DNA of 64,000 nucleotides from Squalus acanthias. Its lineage: Eukaryota. The stretch spans positions 151,964,001 through 152,028,000 of the forward strand of contig CM059431.1 in assembly GCA_030390025.1 (NCBI GenBank), in the 5' to 3' direction. Positions within the stretch are counted from its first letter, which is position 1; every line of letters starts with the position of its first letter. Below the pieces are notes generated by a model that saw only the letters and a list, made by a program, of their open reading frames with translations, was not told where the DNA came from and searched no databases. The position numbers and the translations under genes are program-made. Positions 49,500 to 62,892 of this stretch are shown here, piece by piece.

Positions 49500-51284
49500 T
49501 GGCAGAGAGATGGGCACAAATATGATGTTGTGGCAATACTGGAAACGTGGCTTAACAACGGCGAGGACAGGCCACTTAACATTTAAGGGCAAACGGTGTT
49601 CAGAAAAGATAGGGAAGGAAAAAAGGGAGGTGGAGTGGCAGTGCTGATTAAGGAAGACATTGTAGTGGTGGAAAGGGAGGATTTTCTTGAGGCGACTAGG
49701 AAATAATCCATTTGATTACATTTGAGTATAACGCTATTCGGAGTATTCTACAGGCCTCCAAATAGTCAGAGGAAGGTAGAGGAGCAAATCTGCAGGTAAA
49801 TCGCAGAGATATGCAAGAGCTATAGAGTGGTGATATTGAGCGACTTTAATTACACAAATATAGATTGGGATAATGATAGGGTAAAGGGAAAGGTGGGGGA
49901 GGAATTTCTGAAATGTGTTCAGGAGATTTTACTTGACCAGTATGTTTTTGGCTCAACTAGGGAGGAGTCATTGCTGGATCTGGTGCTGGGGAATGAGATG
50001 GGCCAGGTCGAACAAGTGTCTGTAGGAGAAGACTTGGGTCCGAGGAATTATCATATCATAAGATTTAGATTAAAAATGGAAAGGAGCAAAGAGCAATCTA
50101 GAGCGGAACTTCTAAACTGGAATAGGGCTAACTTCAATGAGATGCGAAAAGTTCTAGCCAGGGTAAGACTGACAGGAAAAAATATAAGGGAGCAATGGGT
50201 TATCTTTAAGGAGGAGATGTTCTAAGTACAGACTAGGTACATTCCAACAAGAGGGAAGGGTAAGGGAAACAAAGCAAGGGCTCCTTGGATGACGAGGTAG
50301 ATAGAGAATACGATGAAATAAAAAGAAGAGGATTTATGATGCATGTCAGGTGAATTCTTCAAGTGAGAACGAGACCAAATACAATAAGTTGAGAGGGGAA
50401 GTGAAGATGAAAATAAGATTGGCAAAGAGAGAATATGAGAGTAGAATGGCGGTTAACATAAAAGGGAACCCATAAATCTTCTACTGGCATGTAAAGATTA
50501 AGCGGGTAGTAAGAGGCGGGGTAGGGACTATTAGAGACAAAGAAGGCGATATAAGCTTAGAGGCGCAGGGCAAGGCTAGAATATTGAATGAATACTTTTA
50601 TCGGTGTTAACATAGGAGGTGGCTGCTGACACAATATGGGTAGAAGTGGAAACGTTATAAGCAATGGAAGGAATGCGAATTAATAGACAGGATGTATTAG
50701 AAAGGCTGGGTATACTTGGAGTGGACACGTCGCCTGTTCCAGATGGCTTGCATCCCAGGTTGCTAACGGAATTGGGGGAGGAGATAGCAGAAGGGCTTGC
50801 CATAAATTTCCAGTCTTCCCTAGATGGGTAGAGGTGCCCGAGGATTGGAAAGTGGCAAATGTTATACCATTGTTCAAGAAATGGTGTAAGGACAATCCTA
50901 GTTACAACAGGCCAGTCAGCTGAACATCAGAGGTGGGTAAAGTTCTAGAAACAAAAATGAAGGAAAACATTAACAGGCACTTTAAGAGAGGTTTAAGCTA
51001 ATTAAGGTGAGCCAACGTGGATTTGTAAAAGGCTGAAGCTGTTTTACTAATCGAATTGAATTTTTAAATGAATTAACAAAGAGGATTGATGATTGAATGC
51101 AATGGATGTTGTCTACATAGATTTTAGGAAGGCGTTTGACAAAGTACCAGAATGGTTCCGGGACTGGGTGATCTTATCTACAAGGACAGGTTGGAGAAGC
51201 AGGATTTGTTTTCATTAGTGCACAGGAGGTTGAGGCCTGATTTGATAGAGTTGGACGAGATTATGACGGGTTTGGATAGGCTAG
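49500..51284 (+). mobile_element. CR1 ORF2 fragment, paralog of 10505-12885
   Basis: Collinear with the 10.5-kb copy and likewise abuts a GPCR 3' flank. Confidence 0.88.
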
Positions 51285-51449
51285 CAACGATTATGTACAC
51301 CCGGGAAAAGCAGCAGACATCAAACACGAGGCACACAATGGAAGAAATGTTTCCTGATACCTGTTCAGTTTCGGAACAATAATTTGGTTTTCGTCCCAAC
51401 TGAAAGAAGGCCATTCTAAAACGGAACTCGATCTGCAATTAAGCTCTAG

Positions 51450-52277
51450 TTAGGATAGGAAGCTCGGGTTTGATCTTCCTATTTTGTTAACCAAGTTCCG
51501 AATCAATGCCCACGGAGATTTCACTAATCTCACCAACTCTTCCCTGAATCTGGTTTGGGTTGCTGCATAAATGCACGTGTTAGTACAGGAGCTCAAATAC
51601 ATGAGCATAAATCCGGTTGCAGAGGCGATGTATGCAGGAGATGTATAATCGATTCGATCAAAAATGATCAGGGAGTTAATTGAATAACTAACGATACATG
51701 TCAGCCACAAAACCAAAAAACTGCCTGTTACACTGAACAGTAAAATGATGGATTTCCTCCGGTTCGCCATCTCTGTATCGCTCTGATTCTCACTGCTGTG
51801 ACCCCGGAGTCTCCTGCGGGCTCTACTGGACACTAAAAAACTTCTGATTGTCAAACAATTAAACAGTAATATCAAAGCGAAAGGAAGCCCTACAATCAAA
51901 AAACTTTCTAACCAGATGAATGCTGTACCAACAGACGTGGTAAAAAAGCCAATTTTCAAGCGGCAACCCCAGTGAATATTGTTAATTATTCGTTCAGTTT
52001 CATATGCAAACGAATAGGGGATATTGTCTAAACAGAGCAGAACAGAAACCGTTGTTATGACGGCGGCCGCAGTTCTCACTGTGCAATATTTCGTTTTAAA
52101 CTTCTCAAAACTTATCGCGACATAGCGGTCAAATGTGAAGGTGACGGTAAACCACACGGACATATCGAGGGCAGCAGCATTCAAGTATATACGCAACCTA
52201 CAGACGCAGTGTAGCTGAATAATGAATGTGGAAAGTGATATGTAAATACACGGTACAGCAGCACATTGACGATCATG
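51450..52277 (-). pseudogene. GPR139-like GPCR pseudogene (paralog of 13142-14951)
   Basis: Homology stops in TM2 at ~52277 where CR1 begins; 1-nt deletion at ~52205; DRY, TM5-7 and the 3' flank are retained. Confidence 0.88.
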
Positions 52278-52830
52278 ACGATCCTTAACTTCTTTTGATC
52301 GCCACAGATGGATCACATTTCCCGTGGAGTTCTCCATACTCAATTGAATGTATTTTTGTTGAGAATTATGAAATATTTATTTAAATGCTAACCACTGCTT
52401 ATCTCTACCTTTTAATCTATTTTTACAATCTACCTTTGCCAACTCGCCCCTCATACTTATCTAATTGGCTTTATATCATTTTAAGATCTAGTTTCGAACT
52501 TAGGCAAATAAATCTCAAAATTAAAGTGAGTTTCTATCATATTTTGATCACTCTGCCCTAGAGGATCCTTTACTATGAGATTGCTAATTAACCCTGTCTC
52601 ATTACACAATACAAGATCTAAAATAGCCTGTTCCCTAGTTGGCTTCATGATGTACTGTTCTAGGAAACTTTCCCGAATGCATTCCATGAACTCGTCCTCC
52701 AGACTATCATAGCCAATTTGTTTTGTCCAGTCCATATGATGATTAATGTCCGACACGATTATTGCATTACCTTTGTTGCAAGCTCCTACTATTTCGTGAT
52801 TAATATTCTTTCCAACGGTATAGCTACTGT
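52278..52830 (-). mobile_element. CR1 endonuclease fragment replacing the GPCR 5' end
   Basis: EQYIMKPTREQAILDLVL..SDQNMI. Confidence 0.82.
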
Positions 52831-53139
52831 TTGGGGGCCAAAATATTACTCCTACGAGTGTTTTCTGCCCCTTGTTATTCCTTAATTTAGAATGACATCT
52901 CTTGAACAGTTTTTGAAGTTCAACAGATTAAGATATGTGATGGGCGACATATTTAACTTTAATTTCTGAAGCTAATAAACGGTAAAGGAAAGACTGTGCA
53001 GTAAAACTGAATAATAACAATGTCCTCAATGTATCTCATGATGACTTTAATTTCTATAGCTAAAATCTAGCAAATGAGTCATTGTATGGTTCAAAGGAAT
53101 GCACAGAATGTTGTAAAGTTGTTTAATGTTGAATAAATT

Positions 53140-53531
53140 CTCATTGAAACATATACAATTCTGACAAGTCTAGACAGACTGGATGCAGGGATGATGTTTC
53201 CACTGGCTGGGGGGTCTAGAACGAGGGGTCACAGTCTCAGGATACGGGGTAGGACATTTAGGACTGAGATGAGGAGAAATATCTTAACTCAGAGGGTGGT
53301 GAATCTGTTGAAATCTCTACCACAGAAGGCTGTGGAGGCCAAGTCACTGAATATATTTAAGAAGGAGGTAGATAGATTTCTAGACCCAAAAGGCATCATG
53401 TGGTATGGGGAGAGAGTGGGAATATGGGAATGAGATAGAGGATCAGCCATGATCATATTGAATGTCGGAGCAGGCTCGAATGGCCGAAGGGTCTACTCTT
53501 GCTCTTATTTTTCTATGTTTCTATGTTTCTA
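53140..53531 (+). mobile_element. CR1 3' end
   Basis: RTRGHSLRIRG; TTCTATGT tail. Confidence 0.88.
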
Positions 53532-53546
53532 AATTCAATAATTCTT

Positions 53547-53596
53547 TATCAGTCCTTTAATCTGATGAGTCCAGTGTTCAAGTTCCTGTTGGGGCG
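53547..53596 (+). pseudogene. tRNA-Lys 3' two-thirds fragment
   Basis: ATCAGTCCTTTAATCTGATGAGTCCAGTGTTCAAGTTCCTGTTGGGGCG plus the shared downstream flank. Confidence 0.75.
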
Positions 53597-54307
53597 TTGC
53601 TTTTTTCAATGAAGACCACACCCACATCACACTTGAAAGCAGTGCCATTACAAAATGCCCTGACAAAGGAATCAGGGTTGCTTGCAAAAGTTGAAGATAT
53701 ATTAAGAAAATATTAGGAAATAAATTGTAATTGAAAAATCAGGTGTTGTGGTAAACATTTAACACGTAATAATGAGTCTAATTGCCACAGCAGGAAATGG
53801 ACTGTTTCTGGGCCGTATATCCTATGTAAGATCAGCCACGATCTTATTGAATGGCGGAGCAGGCTCGAGGGGCCGTCTTGCCTACTCCTGCTCCTATTTC
53901 TGGGGTTCAATTTGAAGCTTTGCTTGCATTGTTTCCCCGTCCGTGTTTAGTCTTGCTCACCCAGTTCCCAGTGCACGCATTTGGACGGATTGCCTAATGG
54001 GTCTGCTACTGACAGGTTAAGCACATTTTCGCACTTACCTTAAAGTTGCAGTTAGCTCAAGATTACCAACTATTCTGTTCACTCGCTCAGCCCCGTTAAA
54101 TGCAAAACATTAAAGTTCGTGCAGATGGTGGCGTGCGTGTGCGGAGGAGAGTCTTTGTGAAGTGATGCCTGTGGGAGGCTGAGAGAGTGGGTGTCTGATT
54201 GAAATGCGCTGCACTGATCGGGTGACTGCAGAAGGAAATGCAGAATGTGAACAGTGTAATTTTCAACATCAATCAGGGTAGGTCGCTGGTCAACGTCAAG
54301 CGTTTGC

Positions 54308-54370
54308 TCGTAGATAGCTGAATCGGTGGAACATGAGACATTTAATCTGATGGTCCCGGGCTCAGGTCCA
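54308..54370 (+). pseudogene. tRNA-Lys pseudogene, heavily degenerate
   Basis: GATAGCTGAATCGGTGGAACATGAGACATTTAATCTGATGGTCC; both cassette flanks present. Confidence 0.7.
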
Positions 54371-54889
54371 TTTTATCCAATGAATCCGCAACCTAATTTA
54401 CACTTGAAACCGTGCCATTGGAAAATACCCTGTCAAAAAATCAAGTACGCCTGCAAAAAATTTAAATGTCGTAATAAAATATGAGAATATATATTATATT
54501 TTTAAAAAACTGCTTTGTTGTGGCAAATCAAGGGATATCAGAATCGGGCGTGAAAATGGAGTAGAGGTCGAAGATCAGCCATGATCTTATAGAATGGTGG
54601 AGTAGGCTCGAGGGGCCGTATGGCCTACACCTGCTCCTAATCTTAGGTTTTTATGCTCTTTTCCCATTTTCGCACAGGGTTGCTTTTGTAGCTTTGCTTG
54701 CATTTGCCCCCCGTCCCTATTTAGTCTTGGTCACCCAGTTCCTGGTGCACGCATTTGGAAGGGTCTCTGAATGGGTCTCATACTTACATACATTGCATAT
54801 CTTTGCACTGGCTCTAAAGTTTCACTTAACTCAAGATTATCAATTTTTACTTTCACCCACGTAACCCCATAAAACCCAAAACATTAAAG

Positions 54890-57360
54890 CGCTAATTAGT
54901 AATCATACTGTGAAGGAGGAATTCTTAGAGTCTATACGGGATGGTTTCCTGGAGCAATATGTCGAGGAACCAACGAGAGATCAGGCCATCTTAGACTGGG
55001 TATTATGTAATGAGAAAGGATTAATTAGCAATCTTTTTGTGCGAGGCCCCTTGGGGAGGAGCATCATAATAGGATAGAATTCTTCATTAAGATGGAGAGT
55101 GAAGTAGTTGACTCAGAGACTAGGGTCCTCAATTTAAATAAAGGAAACTACGATGGTATGAGGCGCGAGTTGGCTAGGATGGATTGGGGAACGTTACTTA
55201 AAGGGTTGACGTTGGATAGGCAATGGCAAACATTTAAAGATCACATGGATGAACTACAGAATTTGTTCATCCCTGTTTGGCATAAAAATAAAACAAAAAA
55301 GGTGAATCATTCGTGGCTAACAAGGGAAATTAGGGATAGCAAAAGATCCAAGGAGAGGACATATAAATTGGCCAGAAAAAGCAGCAAACCTGAGGATTGG
55401 GAACAGTTTAGGATTCAGCAAAGGAGGACAAAGGGATTAATTAAGAGGGGGAAAGTAGAATATGAGAGTAAGCTTGCAGGGAACATAAAAACTGACTGTA
55501 AAATCTTCTAAAGATATGTGAAGAGAAAAAGATTGGTGAAGTCAAGCGTAGGTCCCTTGCAGTCAGAATCAGAGGATTTTATAATGGGGAACAAAGAAAT
55601 GGCGAACCAATTAAATACATTCTTTGGTTCTGTCTTCACAAAGGAGGACATAGATAAACTCCAAGAGATGTCGGGGATCATAGGGTCTAATGAGAGGAAG
55701 GAATTGAATGAAAGCAGTATTTGTAGGGAAATGGTTTTGGGGAAATTGACGGGATTGAAGATCGATAAATCCCCAGGGCCTGATAAACTGCATCCTAGGG
55801 TACTTAAGGAAGTGGCCCTAGATAGAGCAGAGGCATTGCTGGTCATCGTTCAAAATTCGATAGACTGTGGAACAGTTCCCATGGATTGGAGGGTAGTTAA
55901 TGTAACCCTACTATTTTCACAAAAATTCGAAGAGAAAATACGGGGAATAATAGACCGGTAAGCCTGACATCGGCAGTGTGCAAAATGCTCGTTTCCATTA
56001 TAAAAGATGTAATAGCAGAGCACTTGGAAAACAGTGACAGGATCGGACAAAGTCAACATGGATTTACAAAAGCTAAATCATGCTTGACTAATCTACTGTC
56101 AAATTTTTTGAGGATTTAACTGGTAGAATAGATCAGGGAGAACCAGTGGATGTGGTGTATTTGGACTTTCGGATGGCTTTCGATAAGGTCCCGCATAAGA
56201 GATTAGCGTGCAAAGTTAAAGCAAATGGGATTGGGGGTAAGGGACAGATTTGGATAGAGAACTGGTTGGCAGACAGGAAGCAAAGAGTTGGAAGAAACGG
56301 GTCTTTTTCCGAGTGGCAGGCAGTGACTATTTGGGTACTGCAGGGATCGGTGCTAGTACCCCAGCTATTCGCAATATATATTAATGATCTAGACGAGGGA
56401 ACTAGATGTAATATCTCTAAGTTTGCAGACGACACAAAGCTGGGTAGGCGTGTGTGCTGTGAGGAGGATGCAGAGAAACTCCAGTATGATTTGGACTGGT
56501 TGGGTGATTGTGCAGATGCATGGCAGATGCAGTATAATGGGGATAAATGCGAGGTTATCCACTTTGGTGTCAAAAACAAGAAGACTGATTATTATCTGAA
56601 CGGCAATAGATTGGGAAAAGGGGAAGTGCAACGAGATCTGGGAGTCCTTGTGCACCACTCGCTGAAGGTAAGCATGCAGGTGCAGCAGGCGGTTAAGAAG
56701 ACAAATGGTATGTTGGCCTTCATAGCGAGAGGATTCGAGTACAGGAGTAAAGATGTCTTGCTGCAGTTGTACAAGGCCTTGGTGAGACCACGCCTTGAGT
56801 ATTGTGTGCAGTTTTGGTCGCCCTTTCTGAGGAAGGATGCTCTTGCCATGGAGGGAGTGCAGCGAAGATTTATCAGATTGATACATGGGATGGCAGGAAT
56901 GAAGGAATGAAAGCGATTGGGTCGATTAGGCTTATATTCGCTAGAGTTTAGAAGAATGAGAGGGGATCTCATTGAAACATATACAATTCTAACAGGACTA
57001 GACAGACTAGATGCAGGAAGGATGTTCCCGATGGCGGGGGAGTCCTGAACCAGAGGTCACATTTTAAGTATAAGGGGTAAGCCATTTAGGACTGAGATGA
57101 GAAGGAATATCTTCACCCAGAGAGTGGTGCACCTGTGGAATTCTCTACCACAGAAGGCAGTTGAGGCCAATTCATTACATATATTCAAGAAGGAGATAGA
57201 TATATTTCTTAAGGCTAAAGTGATCACGGGAAATGGGGAGAAAGCAGAGACAGGGTACTAAATTTGGATGATCAGCCATGACCTCATTAAATGTTGGAGC
57301 AGGATCGAGGGGCCGAATGGCTTACTCCTGCTGCTATCTATGCTTCTTTGCTTCTATGCG
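54890..57360 (+). mobile_element. CR1 ORF2 with 3' tail
   Basis: ORFs at 55092-56910 closely resemble the 32-35 kb element. Confidence 0.92.
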
Positions 57361-57545
57361 TGTAGATTCTGGGGAAGGGTGGGTGAGAGTATTTATGAAG
57401 TAAAGCCTCTGGGAGACAGTGAGATTGGGTGTATGAGAGAAAATCCCTGGACACAAGGGATTACTGCAGCAGGAAATGCAGGATGTGAACTATGTAATGC
57501 CAAATGTCAGCCAGTGAAGGTCGCTGTGTTATACTAAGGGTGAGA

Positions 57546-57618
57546 TACCAAATCGCTCAGGCGGTATAACATCAGACCATTAATGTGAGAATCCAGGGTT
57601 CAAGTTCCTGTTTGGGCG
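57546..57618 (+). pseudogene. tRNA-Lys pseudogene (73 nt, anticodon loop mutated)
   Basis: GCTCAGGCGGTATAACATCAGACCATTAATGTGAG..CCAGGGTTCAAGTTCCTGTTTGGGCG. Confidence 0.78.
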
Positions 57619-58752
57619 ATGCTTTTACATCAAAATTCTTAATTTCATCTTTCATGCAACCCCTTAAAAACAAGCAATTCACGTGGATCCGATTATCACA
57701 CCTTGATTATTTAAATAGAGCTTATTTTCAAATAGCGGTGCTTTAAGGTACATTGATCGGCATTTTCGAGATGATCAATTCTTATTTTCATGCAGCCTCA
57801 CGAAACACCAGTATCATAGAATCTGATTGTCAGTTTTTTTTACACAATGAGTTATTGTGGTCTGGAATGCACTGCTTGAAAGTGTGGTGGGAGCAGATTC
57901 AATGATAACATTCAAAAGAGAATGAAGTGCATTCCAGATCATAACAACTCACCGTGTACAACAAGTTCTCCTCATCTCGCTGCTGGGTCTTCTGCCAATC
58001 ACCTTACGTCTGTGTCCCGTGGTTACCGACCTATCGACCACTGGAAACAGTTTCTCCTTATTTTCTCTATCAAGACGCCTCATAATTTTGAACATTGTGA
58101 TTAATCTTTTAACCTTCTCTGCTCGAAGGCGAGCAACCCCAATTTCTCTCGTCTCCCCACATAGCTGAAGTCCCTCATCCCTGGTACCATCCCCGTAAAT
58201 CTCCTCTGTACCCTAAATCCTTCCTAAAGTGTGGTGCACACAATTGGACACAATACTCCAGCTGGGGGCTAAGCAGTGTTTTATAAAAGTTTGGCATTTC
58301 TACAAGATGCCTCTGCCAATAAAGACAAAGATCCCATCTGCTCGTTTCTCATTATTGCACAGGTCTGCGTTTCAAGCTTTGCTTGCATCACCCCCACCCC
58401 CGCGCCCCGCCCTGTCCGTGTTCAGTCTTGCTCTCCCAGTTCCCAGTGCATGCTTTTGGAAAGATTTTCTAATGGGTCGGTTACTGACATGTTGTGCACA
58501 TCTGTGCAGTTACCTTAAGAGTAGCAGTTAGCTCAAGATTACCAATTTTTCCTTTCAGTCACGCAGACCCACAAAACAACACATTATAGAGCATGTAGGT
58601 GGTGGCGGTGGTGCAGGGGCAGTCAGGGTATTTGTGAAGTGTGGGTGTGCGAGAGAAATGCGCTGTACAGACGTGTTCAATAGAGAAGGATGTCAACGAT
58701 GTAATGTTCACTGTCGGCTAGTGAATGGCGCTGTGTTAGCTTCTGTGCGTGA

Positions 58753-58825
58753 GACCGGATAGCTCAGTCTGTGTAGCATCAGTCTTTTAATCTGAGGGAC
58801 CAGTGCTCAAATCCCTGTTAAAGCG
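58753..58825 (+). pseudogene. tRNA-Lys(UUU) pseudogene (73 nt)
   Basis: GACCGGATAGCTCAGTCTGTGTAGCATCAGTCTTTTAATCTGAGGGACCAG. Confidence 0.83.
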
Positions 58826-58992
58826 TTCCCTTTTGCCAATGAATACAACACATAATTTACACTTGAAAGCTGTGACTTTAGAAAATACCCTATCAGAAGA
58901 ATCAGGCTTGCTTTCACATTTTTCGAATATATTAGAATTGTATTTGAAAAATTTGGTGTTTTGACAAACATTCAACAAATATTATGTTATGT

Positions 58993-59127
58993 TGGTTGCG
59001 GGATAAATATTGGTCAGGACACCGGGGATAACTCCACTGCTCTTCTTCGAAATAGTACCATGGGATCATTGACGTCCACCTGAGAGAGCAGACAGGGCCT
59101 CGTTTAACGTCTCATCTGAAAGACGGA
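58993..59127 (-). mobile_element. Deu-domain SINE fragment (SacSINE1-like)
   Basis: Minus strand CGTCTTTCAGATGAGACGTTAAACGAGGCCCTGTCTGC...ATTTCGAAGAAGAGCAG. Confidence 0.8.
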
Positions 59128-59405
59128 TGATTGGCTTTCATCTTCCAAAATTCCGTAGATTCTAGAACTGACTCAGTGATTTGGAAGGTAGCAAATGTAA
59201 CACCGCTGTTCAAGAAAGGAGGGTCAGAGAAACCAGGGAACTACAGGGCAGTTAGCCTGACATCGGTCGTTGGGAAAATGCTGGAATCCATTGTTAAGGA
59301 AGTGGTATCAGGGCAGTTAGAATATCATAACATAATTAGGTAGATTCAACATGGTTTTATGAAAGGGAACTCGTGTTTGACAAATTTATTAGAGTTTTTG
59401 AGGAA
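59128..59405 (+). mobile_element. CR1 RT fragment
   Basis: WKVANVTPLFKKG..NYRAVSLTS. Confidence 0.85.
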
Positions 59406-59409
59406 CATA

Positions 59410-62400
59410 TAATCATAGAATCATCGAAAGTTACAGCACGGAAGGAGGCCATTTCGGCCCATCGTGTCCACGCCGGCCGACAAAGAGCTATCCAGTCTAA
59501 TCCCACTTATCAGCTCTTGTTCCGTAGCCCTGCATGTTAGAGCATCCCAAGGACACATCCAAGTACTTTATTAATGTGGTTAGGGTTCCTGCCTCGACCA
59601 CCCATTCAGACAGTGAGTTCCAGACCCCCACAGTCCTCTGGCTGAAGAAATTTCCCCTCAAATCCCCTCTAAACCTTCCACCAATTACTATAAATCTCTG
59701 CCCCCTGGTTTTTGACCGCTCTGCTAAGGGAAATAAGTCCTTTCTATTCACTTTATCTATGCCCCTTATAGTTTTGGACACCTCAATAAGGTCTCACCTC
59801 AGCCTCCTCTGTTCCAAGAAAACAGACACAGCCTATCCAATCTTTCGTCATAGCTAAGATTCTTTACTCCCGGCAACATCCTTGTAAATTTCCTCTGTAC
59901 CCTCTCTAGTGCAATCACATCTTTCCTGCAATATGGTTACCAGAACTGCACGCAGTACTGTAGCTGAGGCCTAACTAACGTTTTATAAAGTTGAAGCATA
60001 ACCCCCCTGCTGTTGTATTCTATGCCACGGCTAATAAAGGCAAGCATTCCATATGCCTTCTTAACCATATTATCTACCTGGCCTGCTAACGTCAGGGATC
60101 TGTGGACCTGCACTCCAAGGTCCATTTGTTCCTCTGCACTACTTAGTGTCCTACCAGTTAATGTGTATTCCCTTTCCTTGTTAGACCTCCCCAAATGGAT
60201 AAACTCACACTTCTGCGGACTGAATTCCATTTGCCATTGTTCTGTCCACATGACCAAATTATTGATATCCACCTGCAGTCTACAGCTTCCTTCTTCAGTA
60301 TCAACAACACAGTATCATCTGCAAACTTCTTAATCATACCCCCTATATTCAAGGCTAGATCATTGATATATACCACAAAAAGCAAGGGACCAAGTAATGA
60401 GCCCTGCAGAACCCCACTGGAAACAGTCTTCCAGTCACAAATACACCCATCAACCATTAGTCTCTGCTTCCTGTCTCCGAGCCAGTTTTGAATCCAACTT
60501 GACATTTTGGCCTCGATCCGATGGGCTTTTAACTTCGTTTTTCAGTCTGCCATGTGCAAACTTATTAAAAGTCCTGCTAAAGTCCATATAAATCCACTAA
60601 CCTTATCGACCCTCCTTGTTTTCTCCTCATAAAATTGAATCAAGTTTTTCAGACAGGACCTTCCCTTAACAGATCCGTGCGGACAATCCTTGATTAATCC
60701 GTGTCTTTCTAAATGAAGATTTATACTGTTATTCAGAATTCATTCCAATGATTTACCTACCACGGAGGTTAGGCTGACTGGCCTGTAATTAATTGGTGTA
60801 TCCTTTTCCCCTTTTTTAAACAAGGGTACCACATTAGCAGTCCTCCAGTCCTCCGGCACCACACCTGAAGCCAGAGAGTATTGAAAAATGGTGGTCAGGG
60901 CATCTGTTATTTCCTCTTTTGCTTCGCTTAACAGCCTGAGATACATTCTTCCGGGCTTGGGGATTTATCGACATTTAAAGCTGCTAAACCCCTTAATACC
61001 TCCTCTCTCACTATGTTTATTTCTTCTAATATTTCACACTCCTCCCCCCTGATACCAATGTCTTCTTCGCCCCTCTCCTTTGGGAAAACAGACGCAAAGT
61101 AATCAGTAAGAACCCGACCGACGTCTCCCGCCTCCGCACGCAGATTACCCTCATGATCTTCAATAGCCTCAACCCTTTCATTAGTTATCCTCTTGTTCTT
61201 AATATATTTATACAACATCTTTGGGTTTTCCTTGATTTTACCTAGACTATAATTTTTCATGCTCTGTCTTTGCTTTCCCAGTATCCATTTTAATTGAACC
61301 CCTGCACTTTCTGTACTCCTCTAAAGATTCTGTAGTATTTAGCCCTCGGTATCCGCCATACACCTCCCTTTTTTTCTTTATCCTACCCTGTATGTCCCTA
61401 GACATCCAGGAGGTTCTAGCTTTGATCGTACCACCTTTTTTTCTTGAAGGGCACATATTTGGCCTGACACCTCCGGATCTCCTCCTTGAATGCCTCCCAC
61501 TGCACTGACACTGATTTTCCTTCAAGTAGCTGTTTCCAGTCCACAATGGCTAAATCTCATGTGAGTTTAGCATAACTTGCTTTTCTTCAAATTAGATTTA
61601 CCATTCCTGGTGTATCCTTGTCCTTTTCCAGAACTACATTCAATCTAACAGAATTATGGTCACTAGCAACAAAATGCTCCCCCCACAGAAACGCCTTCTT
61701 TGTTCCGTAGAACTAATTCCAGAACCACCCCCTCCCTTATTGGGCTTGCTACATACTGACTAAAAAGTTCTCCAGAATGCATTTTAGGAATTCCTCTATA
61801 CCCTTCACACTAATTTTATCCATTAATATTCGGGTCATTGAAATCCCCTACTATTACTTCCTATATATTTTGCAATTCTACGAAATTTGTTCACATGTTT
61901 GTTCTTCTATCTCCCTCTCACTGTTTTGGGGATGTAGTACACTCGCAGCAGTGTGATCGCTCATGTTTTGTTTTTCAATTTGACACATATGGTCTCCTTT
62001 GATGTTCCCTCCAACATAATTTCCCTCCTCACAGCTGTATTAGTTTATTTAATCAATACAGGGACCACCCCTCTCCCTTTTCACCTCCCTCACTATCCAG
62101 TCTGAAAATCCTGTAACCAAGAATGTTGAGCTGCCATACCTGCACCTCTTTTAGCCACGTCTCAGTAATAGCTATAATATCATAGTCCCAAGTATCTACC
62201 TGTACCCTCAGCTCATCTGCCTTTTTCGCTATACTCCTTGCATTTAAATATAAACCATTTAGTACAGGCAAACCTCCTTGTTGACTACTTTCTATCCCTT
62301 GATTCCTCTGTCCCTCCAATTTACTTTCTATGTTTTTGTTTTCCATTTCCAGTTTTTCTTCCCTCCTTATTGACTCTGTACTTAGATTCCCATCCCCCGG

Positions 62401-62892
62401 CCAAGCTAGTTTAAACCCTCCCCAACAGCACTAGCATACCCTCCCGTGAGGATATTGGTCCCGTTCCCGTTGAGGTGCAACCCGTCTGGCTTGTAGGGGT
62501 CTCACCTTCCCCAGAAAATTTCCAATTCCTCAGGAATCTAAAGCCCTCCGTCCTACAACATCTCTCCAGCCACGCATTCATCTGCGCTATCTTCCTATTT
62601 GTGTTCTCACTAGCACGTGGCACTGGTAGGAATCCGGAGATTACTGCCTCTGAGGTCCTGCTTTTTAACCTCTTTCCTAGCTCCCTAAACTCTGCCTGCA
62701 GGACCTCATCCCTCTTTCTACCTATGTCGTTGGTACTGATATGGACCACGACCTCTGGCTATTCACCCTCCCCCTCAGAATGTCCTGCAGCCGTTCAGTG
62801 ATATCGTTGACACTGGAACCAGGGAGGCAACATACCATCCTGGAGTCACGTCTGCAGCCGCAGAAACGCCTGTCTGCTACCCTAACTATTGA
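59410..62892 (-). mobile_element. CR1 (ORF1 esterase end + full-span decayed ORF2 + 3' tail)
   Basis: CCLPG..HISTND; YLNARSI; FADDT; CATAGAAT tail. Confidence 0.92.

Noticed and set aside
52206..52343. N-terminus of the 297-aa ORF as part of an intact second receptor
   Set aside because: It comprises CR1-derived sequence plus out-of-frame GPCR sequence upstream of a 1-nt deletion; exon 1, TM1 and half of TM2 are missing
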